Origin: Clostridia bacterium
GTDB taxonomy: Bacteria > Bacillota > Clostridia > Christensenellales > CAG-314
Direction of reading: 5' to 3'
Assembly (NCBI GenBank): GCA_028698585.1
Contig: JAQVWG010000006.1
Span: 1,117-65,116, forward strand
DNA length: 64,000 nucleotides
The position numbers were made by a program, and so were the translations under genes. Below are positions 40,903-49,456 of this stretch, in pieces. Every line of letters begins with the position of its first letter. Positions within the stretch are counted from its first letter, which is position 1. The notes under the pieces were generated by a model. The model saw only the letters and a list, made by a program, of their open reading frames with translations. It was not told the origin of the DNA and searched no databases.

Positions 40903-41039
40903 TAGATTCTTATGGTTATTAGGGATATAAATCGTGTCTGGTCGGGTAAATGGAGCAAGTACTAAAAACGAGCCAGTATATCCACTCTATAAGGACGATA
41001 TTCTTGAGTAGTACCCGATAATATAATCTAATAGCTTAT

Positions 41040-41077
41040 ATCAAGACAGGGTTATATATCTTATCTTGATTTTTTTC
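41040..41077 (+). terminator. Duplicated terminator (repeat copy 2)
   Basis: Same hairpin with one stem mismatch (TATCTTGAT) followed by 7 T. Confidence 0.65.
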
Positions 41078-41444
41078 TAGATTCTTATGGTTATTAGGGA
41101 TATAAATCGTGTCTGGTCGGGTAAATGGAGCAAGTACTAAAAACGAGCCAGTAAATCCACTCTATAAGGACGATATTCTTGAGTAGTACCTGATAACATT
41201 ATCTATTAACTCATACATCAAGACAGGGTCGTGTGTCTTTTCTTGATATGCATTATCTCGCTATCTAGTTACTGTCAATAATTATGTTAAACGGTTGAAT
41301 ATGTGCGCACAGTGTGATACAATTACTTCCGACAGAATGAGTCTTATTGTGATTATTATCGACATAATAAGCAGTACCTCTGTGTGGTTAGTGTGTTCAA
41401 TCAATATCGTCCTGTTAATAGCATCTGTATTAAGGAGTTGCGTA

Positions 41445-42326
41445 ATGTTAGCAATCAAACAATCACGAGTAGCCAGTTTCGTTACTATAGCACTGCTATA
41501 CGTGCTGGGTGCAGTCATAGGAATCGCTACTTATAAACTGTTGCCATTCCACTTCGCATTTAATTTACTTATAGCGGATATATGCGTAACCATATTCATC
41601 TTTATTTTCAGCCTGATATTTAATAATGCCTCGGTGTACGATCCCTATTGGAGTGTACAACCGATAATTATCGTGGTAGCACTGGCTATTGACAGCTCGC
41701 TGACGGTGGGGCGACTGTTAATTCTGCTCGCTGTATGTCTGTGGGGTATTAGATTGACAACTAACTGGGCATATACATTCAAAGGATTATTGTATCAAGA
41801 TTGGCGTTACACCGAGTTGCATGATAAGACTAAACAGCTATATCCTATAGTCAACTTTATCGGTATTCATTTAATACCGACACTGGTTGTATATGGCTGT
41901 ATATTACCTGCAGTGTATCTATTTAACTTCGATACACCTTTTAACGCTGGCAGTATTATCGGGTTCGTTGTATCCGTTGTGGCATTTAGTGTGCAGGGCA
42001 TAGCTGATATACAGATGCATCGTTATAGGCTACATAGACAACTGGGGAAAACTAATCAAGCATTCATGCGCACAGGTCTCTGGAAATATTCACGACACCC
42101 CAACTACTTGTGTGAGATAATTATGTGGTATGGTGTTGCCATAAGCGTGGTCAGCGTGTTACCACAGTACCCTTTGCTGCTTATCGGCGCAGTTGCTAAC
42201 ACAGTGCTGTTCCTTTGCATCAGTATTCCCTTGGCAGACGGACGGCAATCACGCAAGCAAGGTTATGATGATTACAGAAGTCAAACACGCATGCTATTAC
42301 CTATCAAGAAACCATTGTTCAAGTAG
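41445..42326 (+). CDS. DUF1295 / steroid-5-alpha-reductase-like polytopic membrane protein
   Basis: KYSRHPNYLCEI motif. ATG 41445 is preceded by AAGGAG at 41432-41437. The ORF-track start at 41295 is an upstream extension. Confidence 0.75.
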   Translation: MLAIKQSRVASFVTIALLYVLGAVIGIATYKLLPFHFAFNLLIADICVTIFIFIFSLIFNNASVYDPYWSVQPIIIVVALAIDSSLTVGRLLILLAVCLWGIRLTTNWAYTFKGLLYQDWRYTELHDKTKQLYPIVNFIGIHLIPTLVVYGCILPAVYLFNFDTPFNAGSIIGFVVSVVAFSVQGIADIQMHRYRLHRQLGKTNQAFMRTGLWKYSRHPNYLCEIIMWYGVAISVVSVLPQYPLLLIGAVANTVLFLCISIPLADGRQSRKQGYDDYRSQTRMLLPIKKPLFK

Positions 42327-42499
42327 AAAATGTCACTTGATTGCCTTTAATTGGTTAGATAAGAGCATACACAGTATACCTACCTTACTATCTGTGTTAG
42401 TATCCTACTTATTGACAGACGGCAATCACGCAAGCAAGGTTACGATGATTACAGAAGTCAAACACGCATGCTATTACCTATCAAGAAGCCGTTGTTAAA
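42235..42499. repeat. Direct duplication: the last ~89 nt of the DUF1295 gene (42235-42323) recur at 42416-42499
   Basis: CAGACGGCAATCACGCAAGCAAGGTTA(T/C)GATGATTACAGAAGTCAAACACGCATGCTATTACCTATCAAGAA occurs twice with a 177-bp offset and a few substitutions. Confidence 0.95.
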
Positions 42500-42716
42500 G
42501 AGGGTTAATAACGCGCTTTCGACTCTCGATTATCTGAGTCCATATAATTGTCATACTACGTTGCCTGATGTACGTTTATCATTCACTAACAACTACTGCC
42601 GACAGTTGGGGGTACCATCTGCTATGTAGTTGTTGCGACATGTACGTATTGCCCTATTGTACATCAAGGCAATCATGCACTATATATTCACGTTCATTAC
42701 GCATAGAATATACGCT

Positions 42717-42741
42717 ACACCTGTTTACTAGGTGTTTTTTT
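42717..42741 (+). terminator. Candidate rho-independent terminator
   Basis: ACACCT / AGGTGT stem, 7-nt loop, 7 T. Confidence 0.6.
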
Positions 42742-42794
42742 GTTGAAAAATAAATGTTATTATGTAAATATTGGTTATATCTGTGCATTAATTG

Positions 42795-42823
42795 TTGACA
42801 TGATACGCATGTTGTTGTAAACT
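42795..42823 (+). promoter_or_regulatory. Candidate SigA promoter of the Rrf2::NifS-iscU operon
   Basis: TTGACA (42795-42800), 17-nt spacer, TAAACT (42818-42823). Confidence 0.55.
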
Positions 42824-42850
42824 ATTCCTAGTAAAAAGGTAGGATTTAAT

Positions 42851-44428
42851 ATGAAGATGTCAACTAAGGGCAGATACGGACTTTACTCCTGTATTCAATT
42901 AGCCCAGAACTATAATAAAAAACTCGTTAGCATTACCGAGATTGCCCACTGCATAGGTGTAGGGGAGAAGTACATTGAGCAGATTTTTTCTTTACTCAAA
43001 AAAGGTAACATTATAATAGCCAATAGGGGCAAGAGCGGTGGATACTCGCTAGTTAATTCGCCCTCTAATACTACTGTGGGTCAAGTGCTGCGTGCAGTAG
43101 AGGACAACCTGCGCATAGCAGACTGTATAGACAGCAACTGTGCGTCTGGTAAAGATTGTCCTACTAGGTACCTATTTAGCACATTATATGACAGTATTAA
43201 TGGGTTTTTGGACAATATCACCCTAGAACAACTTGCAACTAGGGATAAACGCGTATACCTAGATAATTCGGCTACTACACCTGTAGATGCTGATGTACTG
43301 TCTGCTATGACGCCGTTTTTTGGTCAAATATTCGGTAACGCCAACAGTCTGCATGACTACGGAAGGCAGGCTAATAAGGCTGTTGCTCACGCTAGACAGC
43401 AGGTTGCCACCGCACTCAACGCTAAACCCAGCGAGATATTCTTTACATCCTGTGGCACTGAGGCCAACAACTGGGTGTTAAGAGGCGTTGCACAGGCTAA
43501 GAACAGTAAAGGCAATCACATAATAACCACTAGCATTGAGCACCCAAGTGTACTTAATACAGCTAAGTATCTGGCTAGTTGCGGATACAGAGTAACATAT
43601 CTGTCCGTTGACAAGTATGGCAAGGTTAATCTCGATGAACTAGAACAGGCAATCTGCCCCGACACCATACTGATAAGCATTATGTATGCTAATAACGAAG
43701 TGGGAACAATTCAACCTATCAAGCAGATAGCAGAGATAGCTCACAGACACAACGTGCTACTGCACAGTGACTGCGTTCAGGCTGTAGGCAGTATCCCAGT
43801 AGATGTCCGTGAACTAGATGTAGATTTTGCCACAATATCTGCACACAAGTTCTACGGTCCCAAGGGCGTCGGTGCATTATTCATTAGGAACGGCGTCAAA
43901 ATAGACAGACTGATAATAGGTGGCGAGCAAGAGCGCAACCAGCGAGGTGGCACTACCAATACGCCTGCCATTGTAGGTATGGGAGTGGCTATTGAGAAGG
44001 CTCAACGCAATCTAATACAGAACAGTAACAATATATCTAATGTTCGCAATCACTTCATTGATAGGGTCATGGCTGAGATACCATACGTAACACTTAATGG
44101 TCACCCTACGGACAGATTGCCTGGTAACGCCAACTTTTCTTTCGAGTTCATTGAGGGAGAGGGAATACTTATGTTGTTAGACTTTGCCAAAATTGCCGTG
44201 TCGTCAGGTTCTGCATGTTCCTCACAGAGTCTACTGCCCTCCCACGTGTTACTGGCAATGGGGGTAGACATAGTATTGGCTCATGGTTCAATCAGATTCA
44301 GTTTCGGTAAGTATAACACCCTTGCTGAAGCAGATTACACCGTTGATGTACTCAAGGAGAGCATAGCGAAACTAAGACTGATGTCACCACTTTTCGTCTT
44401 GAAAGAAGGAGAAATAAAAAATGTATAA
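42851..44428 (+). CDS. Fusion protein: Rrf2/IscR-like winged-helix regulator (aa 1 to ~133) joined to a NifS/IscS-type cysteine desulfurase
   Basis: The N terminus MKMSTKGRYGLY...ANRGKSGGYSL with CIDSNCASGKDC is Rrf2-like. From KRVYLDNSATTP onward it is class V aminotransferase, with SAHKFYGPKG (PLP Lys) and SSGSACSS (active-site Cys). There is no stop or usable in-frame start at the junction. Confidence 0.8.
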   Translation: MKMSTKGRYGLYSCIQLAQNYNKKLVSITEIAHCIGVGEKYIEQIFSLLKKGNIIIANRGKSGGYSLVNSPSNTTVGQVLRAVEDNLRIADCIDSNCASGKDCPTRYLFSTLYDSINGFLDNITLEQLATRDKRVYLDNSATTPVDADVLSAMTPFFGQIFGNANSLHDYGRQANKAVAHARQQVATALNAKPSEIFFTSCGTEANNWVLRGVAQAKNSKGNHIITTSIEHPSVLNTAKYLASCGYRVTYLSVDKYGKVNLDELEQAICPDTILISIMYANNEVGTIQPIKQIAEIAHRHNVLLHSDCVQAVGSIPVDVRELDVDFATISAHKFYGPKGVGALFIRNGVKIDRLIIGGEQERNQRGGTTNTPAIVGMGVAIEKAQRNLIQNSNNISNVRNHFIDRVMAEIPYVTLNGHPTDRLPGNANFSFEFIEGEGILMLLDFAKIAVSSGSACSSQSLLPSHVLLAMGVDIVLAHGSIRFSFGKYNTLAEADYTVDVLKESIAKLRLMSPLFVLKEGEIKNV

Positions 44429-44831
44429 TGATAGAGTTATGGAAGCATTCAAGAACCCCAAGAATGTGGGCGAGATAGTAAACGCAGATGGCGTAGGTAT
44501 GGTGGGTAACGCAACGTGTGGCGACATTATGAAAATTACTCTGAAGATTGACAACGACATCATTACTGATGCCAAGTTCATGACATACGGCTGTACAGCA
44601 GCTATCGCAACCAGTTCGACAGCAACACAGATGATAATAGGTAAATCCATAGATGATGCCCTTGCCCTTAAGAATGCGCAGATAGTAGAGTACTTAGAGG
44701 GATTACCACCACAGAAGATTCATTGCTCTGTGCTTGCCGAAGAGGCCATTAAGGCAGCTATCGAGGATTATCGTAACCGTCAGTCAGGTCAAAGAACCGT
44801 GGTTGACGAGCAGAACTGTCGAATGGTGTGA
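44421..44831 (+). CDS. iscU: Fe-S cluster assembly scaffold IscU/NifU-like
   Basis: GNATCGD, YGCTAAIATSS and HCSVLAEEA motifs. Confidence 0.9.
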   Translation: MYNDRVMEAFKNPKNVGEIVNADGVGMVGNATCGDIMKITLKIDNDIITDAKFMTYGCTAAIATSSTATQMIIGKSIDDALALKNAQIVEYLEGLPPQKIHCSVLAEEAIKAAIEDYRNRQSGQRTVVDEQNCRMV

Positions 44832-44970
44832 TAGTTATATTTATATGTGTCACAATTACACGCAATCACCCGTTAATTTAACGCTATTACCATTTATTGC
44901 CAAGAATTACCTTATCGTATGAGTATATAATTCGAGCACATACTAAGATAAAAAAAGGAAAGGTAGTATT

Positions 44971-45174
44971 ATGAAAATGAATTGCGTTAAGTGTCTTGCG
45001 ATAGGCATGTTAGTGGGTGTAATGGCTGGCTCCGTGTTGGTGCAGACCTGTCCACCTTTTAAGCAAGCAGTACAGAAGGGTAAGGACAAGGTCAAGCAGA
45101 TGATTGACAAAGTTAAATGCAACCAAGACAGTCAAGGTAATCAAACCAATCAGGCTAATCAACAGAACGGTTAA
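44971..45174 (+). CDS. Small membrane protein with a Q/N-rich tail (hypothetical)
   Basis: 67-aa ORF with one TM helix (LAIGMLVGVMAGSVLV), a purine-rich stretch upstream, and a strong terminator downstream. Confidence 0.5.
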   Translation: MKMNCVKCLAIGMLVGVMAGSVLVQTCPPFKQAVQKGKDKVKQMIDKVKCNQDSQGNQTNQANQQNG

Positions 45175-45224
45175 TCAACATAATTGTCGGGCCTGTCGCT
45201 CTCAGTTTTGACTTAATGTTAAAC

Positions 45225-45254
45225 AGCACCTACTGTATACGTAGGTGCTTTTTT
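45225..45254 (+). terminator. Rho-independent terminator
   Basis: AGCACCTAC / GTAGGTGCT 9-bp stem, 7-nt loop, T run. Confidence 0.8.
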
Positions 45255-45573
45255 CTGGCTGTTTATACCCTAATCTAACCATACCGTACATCAATATCGT
45301 AAGGTATGCAAGCCTTATTGTTATACAATACTCAATATTGACGGCAGAATTATCAGTATGTATCACACTATCTTATTGAAGAAACTTAATATAGATTAAG
45401 ATATGATAGGTTGCGTAAGAACTGGTTGCTATATGACACTGTTATACAGACAGTAATATTGTCAATATATTACGCTGTCTCATGAAGCCGATTAATCTAA
45501 TGTATGGGAAAAGGATTTACTTTTTTGCTACATATTGCTATCATTTTATACATTTGTATGGTAGACTGGTGTC

Positions 45574-45987
45574 ATGGGAAGAATTATGGCATTAGATATA
45601 GGTGACAGGCGTATAGGTATTGCGCTATCCGATTTACTCAAGATTATCGCTAACCCACTTAATGTGTTAGTGCGCACTAACCTACAATCAGACATTGCCA
45701 GTATACTCAGTACCGCTAAACAGCAAGAGGTAGAGCTGATTGTCTGTGGGCTGCCCATTAGCATGAACAACACCGAGAATGAGCAGAGTGTCAAGACGAG
45801 ATACTTCGTTGACCAACTGACTCAATACACAGACATACCAATCAAGTTTATTGATGAGAGGTTAACCACCGTATCCGCACAACGAGTGTTGATAGAGGGT
45901 AACGTTAGGCGTGAGGATAGGAAGAATGTGGTTGACAAGGTTGCTGCAACAATCATACTTCAAAACTACCTAGATTACTACAAATAA
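45574..45987 (+). CDS. ruvX: YqgF/RuvX putative pre-16S rRNA nuclease / Holliday junction resolvase-like
   Basis: ALDIGDRRIGIALSD N-terminal motif. DUF1292 follows, as in Bacilli. Confidence 0.85.
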   Translation: MGRIMALDIGDRRIGIALSDLLKIIANPLNVLVRTNLQSDIASILSTAKQQEVELIVCGLPISMNNTENEQSVKTRYFVDQLTQYTDIPIKFIDERLTTVSAQRVLIEGNVRREDRKNVVDKVAATIILQNYLDYYK

Positions 45988-46054
45988 CATCATATTTACC
46001 ATATTTGGATATTGCATAATCTATACATACAATAATTATAACGGAGGAACAATT

Positions 46055-46549
46055 ATGGCAAAAGATTCAACCAAAACAGAAGTAGATGAGAGCCAACTAG
46101 TCGAGGACGATATAGTTACACTACTTGATGAGAATGATAATGAGATTAGATTCGTGCATAATGCCACGGTAGAATACCAGAATAAGTGGTATGTTGTGCT
46201 TCAGCCACTGGATTATATCGAGGATGTAGGCGATGACGAAGTGCTGATTTTCGAGGTGGACAAGGATAAAGAGGGCGAAGTGCTATTTATGCCCATTGAG
46301 GATGATGCCATACTGGACGCTGTATATGCCGAGTTCGAGAAAATGCTTGAGAATGACGAATCTGAGGAAGAAGGTCATTGTAGTTGCGGACACGAGCACC
46401 ATGCACATGATTGTAATTGTGGGGACGATTGCGATTGTACAGAGGGCAAGTGCGACTGCACCGACGATTGCGATTGTTCAGAAGGCGAGTGCGACTGCAC
46501 CGAGGATTGCGATTGTGAGGACGGCAAGTGTGATTGTCATAAGAAGTAA
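46055..46549 (+). CDS. DUF1292-family protein with a C-terminal Cys/His/Asp-rich (CxC) repeat tail
   Basis: The core (IVTLLDENDNEIRF...KWYVVLQP...VLIFEV) is DUF1292-like. The last ~58 aa contain eight CxC pairs and six His. Confidence 0.75.
   Translation: MAKDSTKTEVDESQLVEDDIVTLLDENDNEIRFVHNATVEYQNKWYVVLQPLDYIEDVGDDEVLIFEVDKDKEGEVLFMPIEDDAILDAVYAEFEKMLENDESEEEGHCSCGHEHHAHDCNCGDDCDCTEGKCDCTDDCDCSEGECDCTEDCDCEDGKCDCHKK
46424..46540 (+). repeat. In-frame tandem repeat, 3 copies of 39 bp
   Basis: GA(C/G)GATTGCGATTGT...TG(C/T)GA(C/T)TG(C/T) units encode DDCDCTEGKCDCT, DDCDCSEGECDCT and EDCDCEDGKCDCH. Confidence 0.9.
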
Positions 46550-46608
46550 CGCATTTATAACAATAATTATGTAGATGATACTTAGTTAAGTAATAATTAA
46601 TCACATAT

Positions 46609-46633
46609 GGGTGACTCGTTGGTCACCCTTTAT
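46609..46633 (+). terminator. Rho-independent terminator after the DUF1292 gene
   Basis: GGGTGAC / GTCACCC stem, 6-nt loop, then TTTAT. Confidence 0.6.
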
Positions 46634-46936
46634 CTATGCTCATTAACAATAATGTGGTATGCATAACTATACCGAATAGGTTTAGCGACAGTAATACGGT
46701 AATAAGTCACCGTGAGTTTATTCAGCGCAACTAAATAGCGATATAGATCAATCTATCCAACGGATGAAGCACATAATAGATACACTAACAAAAGCAAGTA
46801 TCGAGTCGCACGGTGCAACTGATTACTAATATTGTGTCAACATAGTGGTTGGTAATAACCACGCATAAGTAACATATATTGTGCATAACCAACCTAGTAC
46901 TGGTTATTATTACCCAAAAAAACATTATCAAAATGT

Positions 46937-46965
46937 TTGCCACAACTCAACTCTTGTGCTATAAT
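46937..46965 (+). promoter_or_regulatory. SigA promoter of the rpsB-tsf operon
   Basis: TTGCCA (46937-46942), 17-nt spacer, TATAAT (46960-46965), with TGC immediately upstream (extended -10). Confidence 0.65.
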
Positions 46966-47094
46966 CTTAAAGGTTTAATACGCACTCGCATTGTCGTCAG
47001 TAAATTGTGCCCATTTTTAATCGTGGGTTTGTGCTGACCGGTGACGGCGAGGAGGGACCAAAACAATAAATACTTATTATAAGGAGATTAAAAC

Positions 47095-47913
47095 ATGGCA
47101 GTTGTAACAATGAAACAACTCCTTGAGTCCGGTGTGCACTTCGGCCACCAGACAAGGAGATGGAACCCCAAAATGAGGAAGTACATCTATCAGGCAAGAA
47201 ATGAGATTCACATTATCGACCTGCAACAGACTGTACTTTTGACCGAACAAGCTTACAGTTTTGTTAGAGATATAGCAAAAGAAGGTAAGCCTATTTTATT
47301 CGTTGGCACCAAGAAGCAAGCACAAGTCGCCATTCAAGCAGAGGCAGAAAGGTGTGGTATGTTCTATGTCAACAATCGTTGGCTAGGTGGCACACTTACC
47401 AACCAGAAGACCATTAAGGCTCGTATCGAGAGACTTAATCACATCAACCAGATGGAACAGATGGGCGAGTTCGAACTACTCCCCAAGAAGGAAGTGGCAG
47501 GACTTAAGGCTGAGCGTGACAAGTTACAAGCCAACATAGGTGGCATTAAGGACATGAAGGGATTGCCTGGATGCATGTTCATAGTTGACATCAAGAAGGA
47601 GGCTATTGCCGTAGCCGAAGCGCATAAACTCAATATCCCAATTGTTGCAATAGTCGACACTAACTGTGATCCTGATGAAGTAGACTGCGTTATCCCCGGT
47701 AATGATGACGCTATCGGCGCTATCAAGACTATCGCTAGCGTTATCGCTAATGCTGTTATCGAGGCAAGAGAAGGCATTGTCTATCAGGTTGAGGAGGAGC
47801 CCATTCCAGTCAAGATTAATAAGGTTGAGATAGATGTGGGCGCAGATCAAGTTGAGAACGTTGAATTAAAACAAGATGAAGTAACTAACGCAGAGCAATC
47901 TGAGCAAGGCTAA
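47095..47913 (+). CDS. rpsB: 30S ribosomal protein S2 with an acidic C-terminal extension
   Basis: [15 protein letters not shown] motif. RBS AAGGAG. Confidence 0.95.
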   Translation: MAVVTMKQLLESGVHFGHQTRRWNPKMRKYIYQARNEIHIIDLQQTVLLTEQAYSFVRDIAKEGKPILFVGTKKQAQVAIQAEAERCGMFYVNNRWLGGTLTNQKTIKARIERLNHINQMEQMGEFELLPKKEVAGLKAERDKLQANIGGIKDMKGLPGCMFIVDIKKEAIAVAEAHKLNIPIVAIVDTNCDPDEVDCVIPGNDDAIGAIKTIASVIANAVIEAREGIVYQVEEEPIPVKINKVEIDVGADQVENVELKQDEVTNAEQSEQG

Positions 47914-47957
47914 TATAAGGCTGATTAACTACTATAGTATATAAGGAGATTAGATGT

Positions 47958-48626
47958 ATGGCAGATTTTTCCAATCAAGACGTTATGAAACTTCGTGAGA
48001 TGACCGGTGTTGGCATGATGGATTGCAAGAAGGCACTTATCGAGACCAAAGGCAACATGGATGAAGCAGTCAAGTTCTTAAGAGAGAAGGGAATGGCGCA
48101 GGCAGCCAAGAAGGCCGGTAGAGTTGCAGCAGAAGGCATTGTAGACAGTTACATTCATATGGGCGGCAAGATAGGCGTTCTACTTGAAGTTAACTGTGAG
48201 ACAGACTTCGTTGCAAGAAGCGATCAATTCAAGGAGTTAGTTCATAATCTGTGTATGCAGATTGCAGCAGCCAAGCCTGAAGTGGTATCTATAGAAGAGA
48301 TACCTCAAGAGAAGATTGAGAGCGAAAAAGAGATACTCTACAATCAAGCACGCAACGAGCCCAAGCCTAAGCCTGACGCAGTCATTGAGAAAATGGTCGA
48401 AGGCAGAATCAAGAAGTATTACACGGAAGTATGCCTGCTAGAACAGAATTATGTAAAGAACCCAGACATCACAGTAAAACAACTTATCAACGAAACGGTA
48501 TCATCAATCGGTGAAAAAATCAGCGTTAGACGATTTACTCGCTACGAGATGGGAGAGGGCATCGAGAAGAGAAAAGATAATTTTGTTGACGAGATTGCCG
48601 AGCAGTTGCAATCAATGAATAAGTAA
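47958..48626 (+). CDS. tsf: Elongation factor Ts (short form)
   Basis: N-terminal UBA-like LREMTGVGMMDCKKAL. Follows rpsB. Confidence 0.95.
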   Translation: MADFSNQDVMKLREMTGVGMMDCKKALIETKGNMDEAVKFLREKGMAQAAKKAGRVAAEGIVDSYIHMGGKIGVLLEVNCETDFVARSDQFKELVHNLCMQIAAAKPEVVSIEEIPQEKIESEKEILYNQARNEPKPKPDAVIEKMVEGRIKKYYTEVCLLEQNYVKNPDITVKQLINETVSSIGEKISVRRFTRYEMGEGIEKRKDNFVDEIAEQLQSMNK

Positions 48627-48643
48627 TCTATATAATGACAATG

Positions 48644-48675
48644 AAGGAACAAGAAGTTTTTTTGTTCCTTTTTTC
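48644..48675 (+). terminator. Rho-independent terminator after tsf
   Basis: AAGGAACAA / TTGTTCCTT 9-bp stem followed by a T run. Confidence 0.8.
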
Positions 48676-48687
48676 TAGGAGTAGTTT

Positions 48688-49395
48688 ATGGCACAACCAA
48701 AATACGCACGAGTTTTACTCAAAATTAGTGGAGAGGCACTTGCAGACCAGAGTGGCTATGGCATAAGTGAGCAGTCAATAGACAATCTTGTATGTCAACT
48801 TAAGGAGGTAGTCGCATTAGGCGTGCAGGTGGGCATAGTTGTGGGCGGTGGCAATATATGGCGTGGCAGACAGAGTGACGTAATGGATAAGGTTACCTGC
48901 GACCACATGGGAATGTTGGCAACTGTAATCAATGCGCTTGCGCTCCAAAGCCACCTCGAGATGGCAGGTGTTCCGGCAATGGTGCAATCTGCAGTCAAGA
49001 TTGAACAGGTGGCAGAGACGCTTGTTGTCAAGAAGGCAATTAAACATTTACAGAATGGTTGCATAGTGATATTCGCAGGGGGGACGGGTAGTCCGTTCTT
49101 TACTACAGACACTGCAGCTGCATTACGCGCAGCGGAGATTAAGGCAGACTGTATGCTATGTGCTAAGGCAAGCGATGGCATATACGACAGTGACCCAGTA
49201 CTAAATACCAACGCAGTGAGATTCGATAGAATAAGTTATATGGAAGTAATCAATCGCAATCTCCAAGCAATGGACGTGACTGCTATCTCTATCTGTAAAG
49301 AGAATCATATCCCTGTATTAGTATTCGGTAAACATGACAAGCATGGTATTATCAATGCTGTAACCGGTGAAAAAGTTGGTACAATAATCGAATAA
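48688..49395 (+). CDS. pyrH: UMP kinase
   Basis: RVLLKISGEAL N-terminal motif and VVGGGNIWRG. Confidence 0.95.
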   Translation: MAQPKYARVLLKISGEALADQSGYGISEQSIDNLVCQLKEVVALGVQVGIVVGGGNIWRGRQSDVMDKVTCDHMGMLATVINALALQSHLEMAGVPAMVQSAVKIEQVAETLVVKKAIKHLQNGCIVIFAGGTGSPFFTTDTAAALRAAEIKADCMLCAKASDGIYDSDPVLNTNAVRFDRISYMEVINRNLQAMDVTAISICKENHIPVLVFGKHDKHGIINAVTGEKVGTIIE

Positions 49396-49456
49396 CAGTT
49401 GAATTATTTGCCCAAAAGCAGTATAATATTGTCAACAATATTATTGGAGATAGCTT

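Larger units (their letters stand above)
40806..41250. repeat. Tandem repeat of about 176 bp, 2.5 copies, beginning inside the last 30 nt of glyA
   Basis: CCACTCTATAAGGACGATATTCTTGAGTAG occurs at 40806, 40982 and 41157. Copies 1 and 2 align over the full unit; copy 3 decays after about 90 bp. Confidence 0.95.

Noticed and set aside
40975-40990. DnaA-box-like TATATCCAC at the repeat junction.
   Set aside because: It matches only about 7 of 9 consensus positions, is not conserved between copies (AAATCCAC, TTCCCAC), and is explained by the glyA coding tail.
40806-41250. An integrated mobile element with attL/attR at the glyA 3' end.
   Set aside because: The copies are directly tandem with only about 145 bp of non-glyA sequence per unit. 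There is no integrase, cargo or inverted repeat. This is kept only as a possible scar hypothesis in the findings.
42193-42498. A 101-aa ORF spanning both DUF1295 tail copies.
   Set aside because: It overlaps the DUF1295 gene out of frame. Its internally repeated peptide is just the duplication read in a wrong frame. There is no RBS.
42235-42499. A diversity-generating retroelement (VR at the gene 3' end plus a TR downstream) for the DUF1295 duplication.
   Set aside because: No reverse transcriptase or accessory gene is nearby. The few differences are not adenine-specific (T>C, A>G, A>G, C>A).
46287-46604. Alternative-frame ORFs (minus 46287-46604 and plus 46296-46574) over the Cys-rich repeat.
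   Set aside because: These are open frames produced by the codon-biased 39-bp repeat. The DUF1292 frame has the RBS, the conserved core and the terminator.
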